Origin: the human T2T-CHM13v2.0 reference genome, Homo sapiens
Length of the DNA stretch: 64,000 nt
NCBI RefSeq assembly: GCF_009914755.1
Contig: NC_060926.1
Strand: one strand, 5' to 3'
Shown here: positions 35,940-53,467 of the stretch, piece by piece
How the letters are laid out: every line of letters begins with the position of its first letter
Position numbering within the stretch: the stretch's first letter is position 1
Made by a program: the position numbers and the translations under genes
The notes under the pieces: model-generated
Seen by the model: the letters and a program-made list of their open reading frames with translations, nothing else
What the model was told of the DNA's origin: nothing
Database searches by the model: none

Positions 35940-36695
35940 CTCAAGAAAATGCCAGTCTTCCACTAGGATGGGTATAATCAGAAGGATGGACAATAACAAG
36001 TGTTGGTGAGGATGTAGAGAAGCTGGAATCCTCATACACTGTAGGCGGGAATGTAAAATGGTGCAGCTGCTGTGGAAACAGTCTGGTGGTTCCTCAGAGG
36101 AACATGAAGTTACCTTATGACCCAGCAATTCCACTTCTCAGTATACATCCAAGAGAATTCGAAGCATCTTATTAAGCATATTAGAAGCACACCAAAACTT
36201 GTACACAAATGCTCAAAGCAGCAGCATTTGTAATAGCCAAAAAGTGGGAACAACCCAAATGTCCATCAGCTGATGAATGGATAAACAAAATGTGGTATGA
36301 AATACCACAGTACAATGAGTATGGTGAAATACTATTTGGCAATAAAAAGAGATAGTGTCCTGATACATGGTACAGCCTGGATGAACCTTATAGACACTTG
36401 GCTAAGTGAAAGAATCCAGTCTCCCAGAAACCCACACATCGAATGATTCTATTTACATGAAATGTTCAGAATAGGCAAATGTATTGCCAGGGACTGGGGG
36501 AAATGGGAGAGTGGGGAGTAACTGCTCATGGAGATGGGGTTTCTTTTTGGGGAAATGAAGACGTTCTGAAATTAGTGGTGATGGCCACAAAACTTTGTGA
36601 ATATACTAAAAACCACTGAGCACTCTAAAAGGGTGAATTTTATTGCCTGGGAATGATATCTCAATTTAAAAACTTTTTTGTAATTAAAAAAAAAG
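35940..36695 (+). mobile_element. L1M (L1MB-like) 3' end
   Basis: TGACCCAGCAATTCCACTTCT...CAACCCAAATGTCCATCA...A-rich end. Confidence 0.85.
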
Positions 36696-37490
36696 ACAAG
36701 TCTTGCCTTTAGAATCCCCTCTCCTCATTCCGGGAAAGTACGTGTCGTGGGCAAGTCTAAGCAGAAAGTGTATTGAATCTGCCAGGTTGACCACCTGTTT
36801 CATGCAGCTTAGGGTCAGAAGAATCTGTAGCTCTGTCAAGAAGACGCAGGGCTACAGATAGGAAACAGGAGGGAATAATCCAGCCAGAAATTATCTTGCC
36901 CAACCACAGAGGGCATCATCTACATTCTGCTGGGATCCATACCAGAGGAGGACAGAAACAGAAAATAGGATCGGGACTGGAAACTAGAGCTGTGGTTGTC
37001 TTCTGGATGGATCAGAATGCTCTAGATCAATGGAACGTGGCAGCTCCAATTCCAGGAATGTCAGTGCAGCCTCTCCTGAGGTGAGCAGTCACCTGAAATT
37101 CCATTTTCACTGAATTAAACGTGAGAAAGCCTGAGTTGAGAAAGCCAACTTCTGTAATCTACTCCCCAAAAGGGCATATCCCTTAAATTAGCTGAGCCTC
37201 AGTTTCCTTATTTGTAAAACAAGACCAGCAGTATCCCCTTTACAGGATTACTGTGAAATTAAATGAGATGAGCATGCTAAGTGCAAAGCATCCTGAAGGT
37301 GTAAGCCATGGCACCATCAGCACCACCTCCATCATCATCATCGTTGTTGTCGTCGCTGTTGCTACTCCCAGGTAGCACCAGTATAAAACAGCCATTTTCC
37401 CATGCGGTCAGTCTTCTCTTCTGTTTGGTTAGAGAACATTTTGTGGGAGAACTGCCTTCCTTAGGTAGTTCAGTCCCAAATCCTCAATGA

Positions 37491-38258
<768 letters not shown>

Positions 38259-39900
38259 TAATGATAAAAAACTACTTGTAACTCATATGCCTCCTCCACA
38301 CAATAGCAAGACGTCAGCCCCCTTCAGACTGTGCTGGGCTCTTTCTGGGGGTCTCCACAGGGAACATCTGCCCCCAGGCTGGTCTGTTGGTGGCGGCCCC
38401 CATGACATCACCCATAGTATCTGTCCTTCCTTCCTCTTCCCAAAAAGCCACCAGGAGCAGTGTCATGGCTGCCACCGCCCTCATAGGAAGACCCCATCCA
38501 TGCAGGGAACAGACTGGAGATGTTCCCACGTTTGGGCGCTGCTAGGTTACATGCATGGGCTGGGAGAGGGGTCGCCATCTGCCCCACCTGAGGGCCTCAC
38601 AGATCTCAATGGAAGAGGCCCTTCCACTTGGCGACCTCACACCCCCACCCCAGGAACTGAGGCCCCCCAACCCCCATCCTTGTCCTGTTCCTCTTCCCAG
38701 CCTCTTCCCTACCCAATCCCCTCTCCTTTCTGGAGCTGAAAAACTCCATCTCTCCTACACATGGAGATAAGTAAATAGATACCGGGGCGTGTGGGGAGAA
38801 CACGCTTGGAGCCAAAAATACTCCACCACCCAGTAAGCTCCGTCAAGGAAAGGTCTGCCTGCCACCGTTAGCCACACCCTGCCCACACGCTTAGTACTTC
38901 CATCCATCCATGGCCAAATCGTGCCATGGGTTCATATCGTTTTAAAACCAGCAAGTGTTATTGAGGGAAACTTACTATGCAGAGGACATGGGGCACTGTG
39001 AGGGAAACCAGAACAGGGAACTTTACCCCTAAAATTGTTGCAGTCGACATGGAGAGCTAAGACCCATGCATTTAGAAACCAAGATGCAAGATGCAAAGAG
39101 CCTTGTGTCCTCTAGGAGAGGCTCCAACAGGAACCTCTGAAAGGTTCCAACAGGAACAGGCTCCAACAGGAACCTCTGAAAGGTTCCTGTCAACAGCATG
39201 TGAGCCGAGTCCAGAAGGATCTTGAAGTCCTCTCTGGCTTAAGATGAAAAGCGGGAGCAATCTGGGTGCAGGAAAAGGCAAGCGTGAGGCTCAGAATCAG
39301 GAAAGTGAGCAGGGAGAGACAGGGTCCATATCTGGCCAGGGCAAGACATGTAGTTTTAATTCTGCTCCAATTTTAGCACTGGCATGCTTTTCTCAATGGA
39401 GTGTAATGTTGGCTCTTGGCTTTCAATCCACATTCACATTAAACAAGAATCCCTATTTTTGTAGGATTTTTATCAAAACGGGTATTGCATTTTTTGAATG
39501 CCCTCCTCACAATTATTGCCTTAGTCATGTTTTCCTTGCCTTTGTGTGGGTGTAATATATTATTTCCCAAGTTCCTTTCTCTCAATGGAGTGAAGTGATA
39601 GAACTTACCTCATAGGGTTGTTGTGAGGCTGGAAGAAGACACTGGGTGTGAGGTATTTAGCACAAGGCCTGGCTCACAGCAGACTTGACCACCTTCCTAA
39701 CCTGGTCCCCTTCTGAGTGTTCAGGGCAGCTAGCATCCCAGGCCAGCTCACCCTCCGATCCTCAGGGGTCTTTCAGTAGGGACTTGTTGGAAGGATGGGA
39801 AGAATTAAATGCTCTCCTAAGAGGAGTTTGGAGAGGGGGAAGATGGGTATTCCTGCAATCCTGAGGGGGCCACATAATTTCCACTTTCTCCTGTTCGTAG

Positions 39901-40069
<169 letters not shown>

Positions 40070-41308
40070 ACAAGCCCCTAGGCCCACAGTCTGGCAGGTA
40101 TGTTGAGCGCTCTGTCCCTTCGAATGGAGGTGGTCTCTTCAGGTGGACCAAGCCCCGGCCTCTCAAGGGAAGCTTGCCAGTGGAGTGACTCCCTCCTGGC
40201 CTCAGGGTCAGCCGGCATGGCCCTCTAGGGAAGACCTGATGCTCTCAGATGACGCTAGACTCATTATTACAATCATCTAAACAGAGCCCCCACCTCCTCT
40301 GCCCCGGGATGGTGTCCCTGGTCATGGACCCTGGACAAGAGGAAATGGGAGGGATGGGGGCAAAGGTTTCTACCCATCTCGGACCTTTCTTGGAACTTTC
40401 TCCCTGCCTGGAAAGCTTGTCTCCTACCCAGTCCTACCAGTCCATCACCCATAAAGCCCCCTTCTTCCATGAAACCTTTCTCCATCTTCCCAACTTCAAT
40501 GACGTCTTCCATCTTCTCAACCCCTGTCCTCTCCACCTGTGCCTCCTGTGTTGTGGATGATCCTGTCGTTTGCCTGTGGCCTGTCTCCCATCTGTCCTGC
40601 AAGACCCCTGAGGGCAAGGGGCATGGCTCATGCAGCCATCTTCCCTCATCCCTGGAAGCAGAGCCTGAGACTGGGGTTGAATGGACAGGTTTATTGAGGA
40701 GGTGCTCTCAGGGAGTGAGGGAGTGAGGGAGGCAAGAAGAGGCAAGGGAAGGAGCTGAGAGGCAGGAGGCCAGACCTCAGCTTGACCCTGTGGGAGCCCT
40801 GGAACAAGAATGATGACACAGAGTTAGTCTCAGCAGAGGGGAGAGACTTGCCCTCTGGTGCTCCTCCTTGTCAGTGCTTTGGCTCTGAGTGTTGGGTAGG
40901 GACTGCATGTCTTTGTGGAAAGAGCAGCTCCCTTTGGGCTGAGGGTGCTTCCCTAGAGGAGGGGCAGCTCTGAGCTATTAGCAGCACATTCACAACTCAC
41001 AGGAGTTGGGCAGTGGATGCACCAGCCCAAAAAGGGGATAATCGTCTGTTTTCCTTGCCTTTGCAGTGGGCGTAATATATTATTTCCCAAGGTTCCTCTC
41101 TCCCAGTGGAGTGAAATGATAGAACCTACCTTGTAGGGTTATTGTGAGGCTTGAAGAAGACATTGGGTGTGAGGTGTGAAGGTCTGGGTGGGGTGCCAAG
41201 AACTGCCACGATGATCCCCTTGCCATGTCCACACTTAGCAAATGCTTAATAAGTGACAGTGGGGATGATAGCATGGGGATAATGAGAAACATTTCAACCC
41301 ACTTCCAG

Positions 41309-41388
41309 ACCTCCACCAGCCCCAGGAGTTGATAGGTGATGGCGCTGGGAGAAGATGTTCAGAATATCTCAAAAGCCAAGTCCAGAAG
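41309..41388 (+). other. SPATA3: Probable SPATA3 3'UTR exon 4 (80 nt)
   Basis: Acceptor CCCACTTCCAG|A and donor AAG|GTAAAC. Confidence 0.55.
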
Positions 41389-42181
41389 GTAAACTCCAGG
41401 GAGAGCTCACTATCCCCTCATGTGCTCTGTGATACCATGTCCCATGTCTGTGGCAGAGGACATAGTAGTTCCTTAGCTGCTATGCTATTTCCTGAGGCGT
41501 TTCCTGAGTGGCAAGAACCTCAGTTTCCTCATCTGTAAATAGGGAAAATGACAGTACCTTCCTCTTGAGCCTGTTGGGAGAGGTGAGATAAGGTGTTAGA
41601 GGACAGAGCTCACTGCTGGGGGGTCCCGTTGCTGTTGTCAACATGGAGGTGGTGGGAAGGATGCCAGCTTTGGAGTTAGAGCTGCCGGCTCCTTTCTTGA
41701 CTCTGCTGCCTGATAGCTGGGTGTTAGAGACACGTTTCTTAATTTCTCTGACAGTGACATGTCTAGTGGGGACAATAATAACTACCTCCACAGGCAATGG
41801 TTTTGAGGATTGACTGAGGGGATGTGTGGAAGTGCTGAGCACAGGACCCAGTGTCAGGGATGGGTGGATGCTGGCCACTGGCAACATGACAAATGCACCC
41901 GAGTTAAAGCATTTTCTCTTCAAAATTCCTTGCAGCAGAACCTACTGGTTGTGAGCTGGAGTTCTGGAGGCAGGCAGGCTTGAGGTCAGAGGCCTCTTCA
42001 ATACCCAGTATTTCTGAGGCCTGGGGCAGGTTCCCTAACTCCTGATGTCTCATTTTCTTTTCGTTAAATGGAGATAATCATAGCACAGATCTCATTGGAT
42101 TGTTGGGGGCATTGAGTGGAAAAAATGCATGTAAAACACTTAGCACAGTTCCTGGCACAGGATAAGCACTCAACATAGCTA

Positions 42182-44178
42182 CATCACCACTACTACCACC
42201 ACTGTCAGCACCATCACCATTATCACCATCATCCTCATCACCATCACCATCCTCATCACCATCCTCACCATCATCACCACCATCATCACCATCACCATCA
42301 TCACCATCATCATCACCACCACCACCATCACCATCATCACCACCACCATCATCACCATCACCATCCTCATCACCATCACCATCATCACCACCACCATCAT
42401 CATCACCACCACCACCATCACCATCACCATCACCATCATCACCATCATCATCACCATCACCATCTTCACCATCACCATCATCACCACCATCATCACCATC
42501 ACCATCACCACCACCATCACCACCATCATCATTACCATCATCACCATCACCATCATCATCACCATCACCACCACCATCACCACCATCATCATCACCATCA
42601 TCACCATCACCATCATCACCATCACCACCACCACCATCATCACCACCATCACCACCACCATCATCACCACCACCACCAGTATCACCATCATCACCACCAC
42701 CACCACAATCACCACCATCACCACCACCACCACCACCACCATCATCACCACCACCACCATCACCACCATCATCACCACCACCACCATCACCACCACCACC
42801 ATCATCACCACCATCATCACCACCACCACCATCACCATCATCATCACCATCACCACCACCACCATCATCACCACCACCATCACCATCATCACCACCACCA
42901 TCATCACCACCACCATCACCATCATCACCACCACCATCACCATCATCATCATCATCACCACCACCACCATCATCACCACCACCACCATCATCACATCACT
43001 ATCATCACCACCACCATCACCATCATCATCACCATCACCATCATCACCATCACCATCACCACCATCAACATCACCATCATCACCATCATCACCACCATCA
43101 TCACCATCACCATCACCACCATCATCATCACCATCACCATCATCATCATCACCACCATCATCACCACCATTACCATCATCATCACTATCACCACCACCAC
43201 CATCACCATCACCACCATCACCATCACCACCACCACCATCACCATCACCACCACCACCATCACCATCATCACCACCACCACCATCACCATCACCACCACC
43301 ACCACCATCATCACTACCACCACCACCATCATCACCACCATCATCACCACCATGACCATCGTCACCACCACCATCATCACCACCATAATCACCACCACCA
43401 TCATCACCGTCACCATCATCACCACTACCATCACCACCACCACCACCATCACCACCACCATCATCACCATCATCATATCACCATCATCATCATCACAACC
43501 ACCATCATCACCACCACCACCATCACCACAACCATCATCATCATCATCACCACCACCACCATCATCACCATCATCATCACCATCACCATCATCATAACCA
43601 TCACTATCACCACCACCACCACCATCACCACCACCATCACCATCATCACTGCCATCATCACCATCACCATCATCATCACCACCACCATCACCACCACCAT
43701 CACCACCACCACCACCACCACCACCATCACCATCACCATCACCACCACCACCATCACCATCATCACCGCCATCATCACCATCACCATCACCACCACCATC
43801 GCCATCATCACCGCCATCATCACCATCACCATCACCACCAGCATCACCATCATCATCACCACCACCATCACCACCACCATCACCATCATCACCGCCATCA
43901 TCACCACAACCACCATCATCACCATCACCATCATCATCACCACCACCATCACCATCATCACCCACCATTACCATCATCACCGCCATCATCACCATCACCA
44001 TCATCACCATCATTACCACCATCACCATCAGCATCGCGATCATCATCACCATTATCACCACCACCATCATCACCATCATCATCACCATCATCATCCTCAC
44101 CATCACCATCATCACCATCATCATCATCACCATCATCACCATCACCATCAACATCACCATCACCATCACCACCACCAC
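42182..44178. repeat. ~2 kb imperfect (CAC/CAT)n trinucleotide tract
   Basis: Directly visible; phase slips near 42993, 43477 and 43961. Confidence 0.98.
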
Positions 44179-44389
44179 CTACCTCTATCACCAGGCCCTG
44201 CACCTGGCAATTCTGCACATCCCTTCAATTAATCTTTACAACCATCACCCTTGGAGGTAGTTGTCATCAACACCATTATCATCATCATGATAATCATTAC
44301 CATTTGTTAAATCAGTGTTCCCCTAATTTTACTGACTTTTGATACCTGTAAAATCACTTAATATTTTTCTTTAAATTTGCTTACTTTTT

Positions 44390-45051
<662 letters not shown>

Positions 45052-45728
45052 TTACTTTTTAACTGGCCAGGGAAGAACTTTAGCCAATGAAAGCTGCCCG
45101 GGCACCTGTATGAGAGTCACTGTAGGGGAGGGCGATGGAGGTGCATCGTGGGGGTACATTAAGTCGTGCTGATCTTGTAGGCTCAGCTCTTAATCAACAG
45201 GCAGTTTGATGTCCTTCCCTGTCCAGAGAGTGAAGAACCATCTGACGACAGTGACATCTTTCCTTTTTGGGGAAAGATGCTTCTAGAATTTTCTTTCCTA
45301 AAGTTTGGTGAACCTCTCCCTTGGCATCTTCCTCAGCTGAAGGTGAGGCCCTAAAAGCAAAGGACTTCTTTCCCAGCCATTTTGGGCGTTGAATGTGGTC
45401 AAACCACTGCAGTGTAGCTTTTGGGGAGTGAGACTCCATCATAGCTGCAGGGGCCCCCGGGGAAGGCGCTGGCACCGATGAGCTGAGCAGGAGCCAAGCC
45501 TGGCCAGGCGCCTGGCAAAAGGCATTACAGCCTGAGGTGTGTGGCTGAAAGAAGGAGTGGGTGCAAGGAATGGAAGAAATTTGAATCCTAAATAATTTAT
45601 TTCTCCACGGAAGGATCACAGCTGCTGAAGCCTCACCTGTGAGGCTGTGAAACTGGAAAGCCACCAGGATTCCAGGTCACACGGGGTATTGTCTAAGCTG
45701 ATTGGCTCTGTCCTTGTTTTTCTTACAG

Positions 45729-45790
45729 ATCCAGTTTCCATCAAAGGGACCTCTCTTGTCACCAAAATTTAAAAAAAGAAAAAAAAAACG
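45729..45790 (+). other. SPATA3: Probable SPATA3 terminal 3'UTR exon (3' end uncertain)
   Basis: Strong acceptor TCCTTGTTTTTCTTACAG|A followed by a genomic A-rich tract. Confidence 0.5.
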
Positions 45791-47239
45791 AGTTCTGTTT
45801 CTTTAGCATGTTTTACTTAGAGACATAAAAGTTGGACTTGGCAAATGACTAGGAAGGGAGGTCTGGGGGCCCCAGTGACCTTTTGGGCCACAGGTCAAGC
45901 AGAACTGGTGCCTGTCATTCCTGTTCAGGGCCACAGACCCCCGGTGGAGCAGCTTTCTCTGCACACACTCACAGAACACAGTGTTTGCTTTAGATTTTCT
46001 CACTCTAAAGGAAGGGATTATAAAGCTTAACTCAATAGCTAACGTAGTTAGTCATCTGCACCTCTGTCCCAGGGTAATCCCAGTTACTGGGAATAGGAGG
46101 AATGTGCCGGTTCGCCTCCAGGCCTGCACCCCAGAGGACAGAGGCCCTGTGCCCAGGAACACTGTCTCTAGAAACAGCTTCTTTTAGGGTCACCTGTGAT
46201 GGGGAGCAGCCTGCCATGCAGCCTTGTGTTTAGTGCTAGTGATGTGGCTACACCCAGCCAGTGCCTGGTGCGATTCTACCTCTAGCTCCTGAACAGGCGA
46301 CTCGAAATCTTAGTTCAAGGTGATCCCAGCAAACACCAATAGGGGAGAGGAGTGTCAACGAGGGAAGGAGGCTGGGCCTGGTGGCTCATGCCTATAATTC
46401 CAAGACTTTGGGAGGCCAAGACAGGAGGATGGCTTAAGCCCAGGAGGTCAAGGCTGCAGTGAGCTATGATTGCACCGCTGCACTCCAGCCTGGACGACAT
46501 AGCAAGACCCTGTCTCAAAAAATAAAAATAAAAAAAAGGAACCACCAAAGAAGGGAGGACAGCCAGTACTAGTGAGTCCTAATGCAGTGGCCATTGAGGG
46601 CAGCTGAAGCCTGATCCTGCTGGGGCGTCGTGGGATGGGAGAATGGAGAACACACACCACACAGCATAGTCATCCCACCTGACAGGGAGCTGAGGCATTT
46701 GTAACCTGTTGGTCTTGGAGAAAGGCTGCGAGGAGGGAGGTGGTTAATTCCTCCACACTTTTGTCCCCTTCTGGAGAGGAAGCCCCCAGGCAAAGAAGTG
46801 CAGATGCGAGGTTTAGGAGTCAGCCCGCATGCACTGGAACGGTGACAGCGGCATATGGTGTAGGGGTGGAGGGAGGACAATGCTGAATGCCTGTGAGGCA
46901 TCCACAGACCCATGCCCAGGTGACCTCCTATGACTCTAAGAATTAGTTAGACCGGGACCCAGCAGGGCAGCCACTGGGAAGGCAGGGAGCTGGTTTACCC
47001 ACAACAGCACTGGTGGGATTGGGCAGGATGGGCCAGGCTGGAGCCCATTCCCCACCCCTCAGTCCCAAGATTTCCTTTCTGAAACAGGTGTGGGAGTTGC
47101 GTGGGGTCGTGTTGTGGTCCTGTCCTGCAGGTCACAATGAAGGGACCTATAGACATGGTGGAAGGGACTGGGGACTCCATGGCTGCAGCTTCTGGACTGA
47201 AGACACTTCCTTTTTCTGGCATATTGAGGTCCCCCTTTG

Positions 47240-47710
47240 TTGTAAATGTTGGACAACCTAACCCAAACTAGGCTTCAGCAAAATGACAATGTATTAGCTC
47301 CTATAAAAGTCAGGAGAGAGTTCTGGTTCAGATGTGGCTTGCTCCAGGGGCACAGGCCATTTCCCTCTCTCTGTAGCAGAGTTAGTTCCATTCTAGCTAC
47401 AGCAGCAACAGCTCCCAGCCTACAGAGATCAAGTCTAGCAGAGAGGGTGAGCCGGCCTGTCTCCCCACAGCAAACGGCATCACAGCTCTGACTAGGTCCT
47501 GTGTCCCTCCTGGTACCCATCACTGTGCCCAGGAAAATGCAGGGGGCTGATTGGCCAGGCTGGAGCTGCACAGCCTCCTTTGGAACATGAGGATAAAATC
47601 CACAGAAACAGTGAGCACTGAGCAGGGAAGAAAATGATTCTCCAACTGCAGTGTGGGTAACCTGTTACCAAAAGAGATGGGAATGGACGCTGGGCAGCTA
47701 AAAACAGCAC
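47240..47710 (-). mobile_element. Old MLT1 (J/K-like) LTR
   Basis: CCCATCACTGTGCCCAGGAAAATG...CTGATTGGCCAGGC motif. Confidence 0.5.
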
Positions 47711-48621
47711 ATGCTCCCTCCAGTTGGCTGTGGGTCTGCATCCAGGACCTGTGCTCTCCCTCTGCTTCTCCCCGTTTTCCTCCACCACCACCACCTCACC
47801 AGAATGAATGCTCAAGTGGCCAGGAGAGAGAACTCCCAGCTGCCTCAAGCGGCAGACTTGCAGCAGATCCTGGCAGTTGGATCCCCCGGGCAGTGGTGAA
47901 AACTAGCCTTCCATCCCCGGGGAAATGTGTGGGGCGCTGCTGGTTGTCACAGTGACGGGGGGATGCTGTGGGCTGTTAGTAGTGAAGGCCAAGAATGCAA
48001 TGCACAAGACAGACCACACAATAAAGAACCATCCCACCAAAACCCCAAGAGCATCCTCCCGGACAGTCACTGTCACCTGGGCTCATCTCTCCCACACTGG
48101 CCTTGCATTGTGGCTCACGTTGCCTGTCGTGGGCCATAGGGATCCCTCTTGAAGAGTGGAAACTGCACATGCTAAACGACCACATGCCGGAGTCCCTGTC
48201 TTCATCCTGCCGAGTGCAGTTCTGTTGACACATCCGCTACTCTGTGGTTAGGTCCTGGAGGCAGAGAGCAGGTTTTTTCTTCTCAAATCCTTCCCAGCAC
48301 ATTGCAGACTCATGAATGAGTAGACCTGTCACCCTCGGGAGCACTTTGGGATACATTAAGATTTGGCTTAGGCCATTGTATTCAGAGTGTGGTATAATGA
48401 GTGAGTGTGATATTCAGAGTGAGTATAAATGTGATCACTGGAGAGGACTATTTTAAGTACAGTCAATTTCAAGCAACAGCCCCTGATAGGGGCTTTCAAG
48501 AGGGAAGTTTAGAGCTGGAAAGAAGAGTGAGCAGGTATATTTCCTATCAATCACCATGCAATAACTAAGACTGCTGTGGCTGTGAGTTTGGGGACAGCCT
48601 GGCTGTAGCTGAGCCTGCAAG

Positions 48622-49225
48622 TTATAGGGGCCAAGGCCCTTTGTCCTCTAAAGGTTCACTGAAAACTCATATGAGGCAAATTGATTAATAGGAGAAAGGC
48701 ATACACATTTATGTGTACACATGGGAGCCTTCAGAATGAAGACCCAGAGGTACAGAGGAAATTGTCTTCATGCTGAGTTTCAACAAAGATGGACAGCCTT
48801 GTAGAAATAGGACTGGACAAAAGGGTCGGATCTAATGCTAATAGACTATGTGGGGAACCCAGCAAGGCCTGTCTGTCTAGATTCTTCTTGGCCTCTCTGA
48901 GCAGCATTCCTTCCTCTGGGGCATGGGGCAAGATCTTCTCTGGAATGGGGGTCTTATGACTGACTGCAAACAAGGTAGGTCAGATCATTTTGTTATGACC
49001 AGTTCTTACACAAGGCTGGGGGAAAATTCAAGTAATACTTTTAGGTTTTCTGACTAGCTCTGGGGAGAATGGGTTCTTGTTTCTATGGCATCTTGGGAAA
49101 GGATTGAGTTTGTATGGCTAGCCTTGGGGGAGATGGGACTGAGAGATAGGAGGGCAGGAGAAGATCACAGAAAACTTTCCCTTCTGAGGCCTTCATTTTG
49201 AGGTATTATTGTCTAAGCTCCAGCG
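48622..49225 (-). mobile_element. ERV1 LTR, MER31-like
   Basis: Minus strand AATAATACCTCAAAATGAAGGCCTCAGAAG start; TTGATTAATAGGAGAAAGGCATAC motif. Confidence 0.6.
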
Positions 49226-49292
49226 GAGTCTAGCATCTTCACCAGGCTGAGCTCAGACCCTGGCTCTGAACATTGTCTCAAGACCATCAACT

Positions 49293-49908
<616 letters not shown>

Positions 49909-51719
49909 CCAGTTGGTTATTCTTGAGATAGGTTGGTCCCTGTATAGTGATCCATCGAAGTGCAGAAGAAAGTCCAGGAAGCCCCATCCTCCTGCAGCTG
50001 CCTGTCTGGTCTGTCCAGTCCACTGTGCCAGGGACACAGGACCAGATGAGAGGTCCTTGGCTTTTCAGATACAACCTGGTCTCCATCCTCCCCACCCCCA
50101 CCCTTGAGGACAGCCACCCTCCCACTGGCCATGAAGCCTGGCACCCAGGCCATCCCGCAGTCACAGAGTAAGTAAATAACCAGGATCCAGGGAACCAAAC
50201 TGCCAGGTAAAGGCAGCCATGAGACTCAGGGGACACCTGCCATGCAGCCTGTCCTGCCAAGGCCCCAGGCTCAGGGCCATGTTGGAGTCAATCAGGCCTG
50301 CAGCCACCAATGACCCATCAGAGGAAGGACAGCACTTCAGGCTGCTATTACAGGCTCTGGCTTCGCTGGGAAACTCAGGAAGCCTCTGCATCCCCAGGCA
50401 GCTCCCCCTCTGTATGTGCAAGCACAGCATATACTTATTACACCTCAGCCAGTCACAGGGGGTCGAAGCAGAGATTTGAACTGGAAAAGTGCCCTTGCCA
50501 ATGTCCCAAGATGCATTCCGGTCCTAAGCCAGGAGGAACTGAGCTGCGAGCTAGCGAATGAGGAGGACAGAGGAGCTGGAGGTGCCTGTTTGTTGGGAGT
50601 CTGGAGGAAAGGAGGTGCCAATCACCAGCGGCAAGAAGGAAAGTGTCCAAGGCAGAGAGCCAGGTTGGTCCCAGCGGCAGGGCTGAGCGAGAGATCCAGG
50701 CTCAGACTCCTCCAGGAGGGGCCTCGAGGTTGAGAATTTAAAAAGAAGAGTTCTGTTCAGGTCTGCGGGTGTCTGATCTCATCTGAGGAGTGCATCAAGG
50801 AGATGAATGGAGAAGCCCACTTGTCTCCCATTGGGGTCAGGATGAAGGGTCTGGGCTGACCAGCTCCAGAAGAAGCTCACCTTTCGAGAATGAGTTCTCC
50901 TTTAAACCTTTCTCCTCCTCTGTTCTGCCCTTCTCCTGCCTGCCACTGCCAGCAGTCAAGAATGGACTGTGTATACCATATTCTGGAGAATCTGATTATA
51001 CCCTGGACACTGGTGTGTGGATTGCAGTCTGCTGCAGGATGACATTAGAGTTTAGTTGTTTTTTTCTAATGGGGCTCCATTCTGTGTGTCTGGTAGGAGG
51101 TGCTTTTAATGTGCTGATAAACCAACCTCAGGAAGGTATTATGTACAGAAGATTCCCAAGGCTGCTGTTGCTGAAAGAGACTTGGGCTACTGCCAGGGAA
51201 CTAGGTGAGTCCCCGTAGCTGAACAGAGCTGCCTAAGAGAAGTGGAATAGAGGATCATGTGGTGTCTGTTTTGTGCCTTTAGTGATCGGTGTTTCATATG
51301 TATTTGGGGATGTTGCTTTCTCTGTGGGAACAAGCAAAAGAATCGTTTTGTTCTGATGAAATTAACAATGAATTTGGTGAAAGAAACTTCCAACTCCCTT
51401 GCCCATCTCCCTTCATCCCATTCATTTGGCAAAACCACAACCCTGGGGCAAATCCAGTTCTCTGCCTCCTGCGCACTTGGACTTGTGCAGCTAAACTTTG
51501 GGAAGCTCAGCCGTGCAGGCCAGACTCGCTTGAAATTCATGACCATGGGCTCCAAGTGGGCCTTGATGCTGCCAGGGATCAAATCACATTTTATTCCCCA
51601 AGACGCTTCTCTTCTGTCCTCAGACTTACCCCTTCTCCTCCCTGCTTCACCAGACCTCCAAGACTCACCACCGAGTCTCCCCACCTACCAGCGCCCTCTT
51701 GAGTATCCATCCCCCTTCC

Positions 51720-52435
<716 letters not shown>

Positions 52436-52496
52436 AGGATCATTTCTTGGTCTAGGCTATAGGCTGGCCTTAGAATCAACTCACCTGGTGTCCTAT

Positions 52497-53039
52497 TGTC
52501 AGGGACATCTTAACCAGGGTGACTGCACCTCGAATAAAGGCCAGATAAAGCCAAACTTGCTGGGTTACATTCCTTGGGGGTTAGACACCCTTCATCACAA
52601 GATGTTTGTAGCTCAAAGAAGGGGTTAATGATGCTAACTAGAGACCCAGAACGTCTGAAAACGTCCTGATATTTAAAGAACAAAGCATCCTTCATTTGAG
52701 AATAAGTTTCACTTTAAAGGTAATAGTACTCTCATAAATTCTTGCTGAAATCAATAGTTACATAGGAAAATAACAATGCTAATAGCCTGTCACAAGCTGA
52801 TCATAAGCCTTTGTTTATAAAGTCTACTATTCTTAGCCTTAACATCCCATGTAAGCAAGTGCTATGTTTCAGTTAGAGGAATTCCTCCTCTTGCTTTCTG
52901 AGGACACCCTATTCTGTAATAGAGTAGTTTCTAATAAACTGTTTTATCTTTGCTATGCACTGCGACTCACCCTCTTTCCCACATGAAATCCAAGAACTCG
53001 CTCTTGGGGTCTGGAGTAAGTCTCCTTTTTCCAGTAACA
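52497..53039 (+). mobile_element. Solo ERV1 LTR, MER41-family
   Basis: TGTCAGGGACATCTTAACCAG...CCAAGAACTCGCTCTTGGGGTCTGG...CCAGTAACA; near-TSD CTAT/CTGT; AATAAA at 52933. Confidence 0.7.
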
Positions 53040-53467
53040 CTGTGTGTGTTCCTGGCTTTGAGGGGCATCCTGGGGGACGGAAGCTGCCCATCTGGACCCC
53101 TCAGCTCTGCAATCCCAGGTGCAAGATTGGGACAGCAACCTGGTGGCATCGTGGGGCTCCTCTGGTACTCTGCTGGTCTCCATCCTTCCAAAAGGACACC
53201 CACCAAGAGGCTGACACAGGCCACAGTGGGAGCACTGGGAGGACTGTGTGTTTGTAGAGGGTGAGAATGGGGGAGAGGTGTTGGCCAAACACTTCCATCT
53301 TTCTCACAGTGACCTCTCAAGGTAGCCCCCTGGGGTAAGCCAAGGACCTTCAGTGGGCTCTTGTAATGGGGGTCAAAGCCTTTTGTAGGTCGGGTGTTAA
53401 GGTGCCCTTCCTTCTCAAGGCTCTCTCTGCCTCTTCAGAGCAAAGATGATCCAGGGATGGGCCAAAG

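Noticed and set aside
42179-44218. Long Met/Val, Gly/Asp and Thr/Ile ORFs
   Set aside because: Translation artefacts of the (CAC/CAT)n tract
52497-53039. MER41 as an interferon-gamma (STAT1) enhancer
   Set aside because: I did not see the tandem TTCCGGGAA-type GAS sites typical of MER41B
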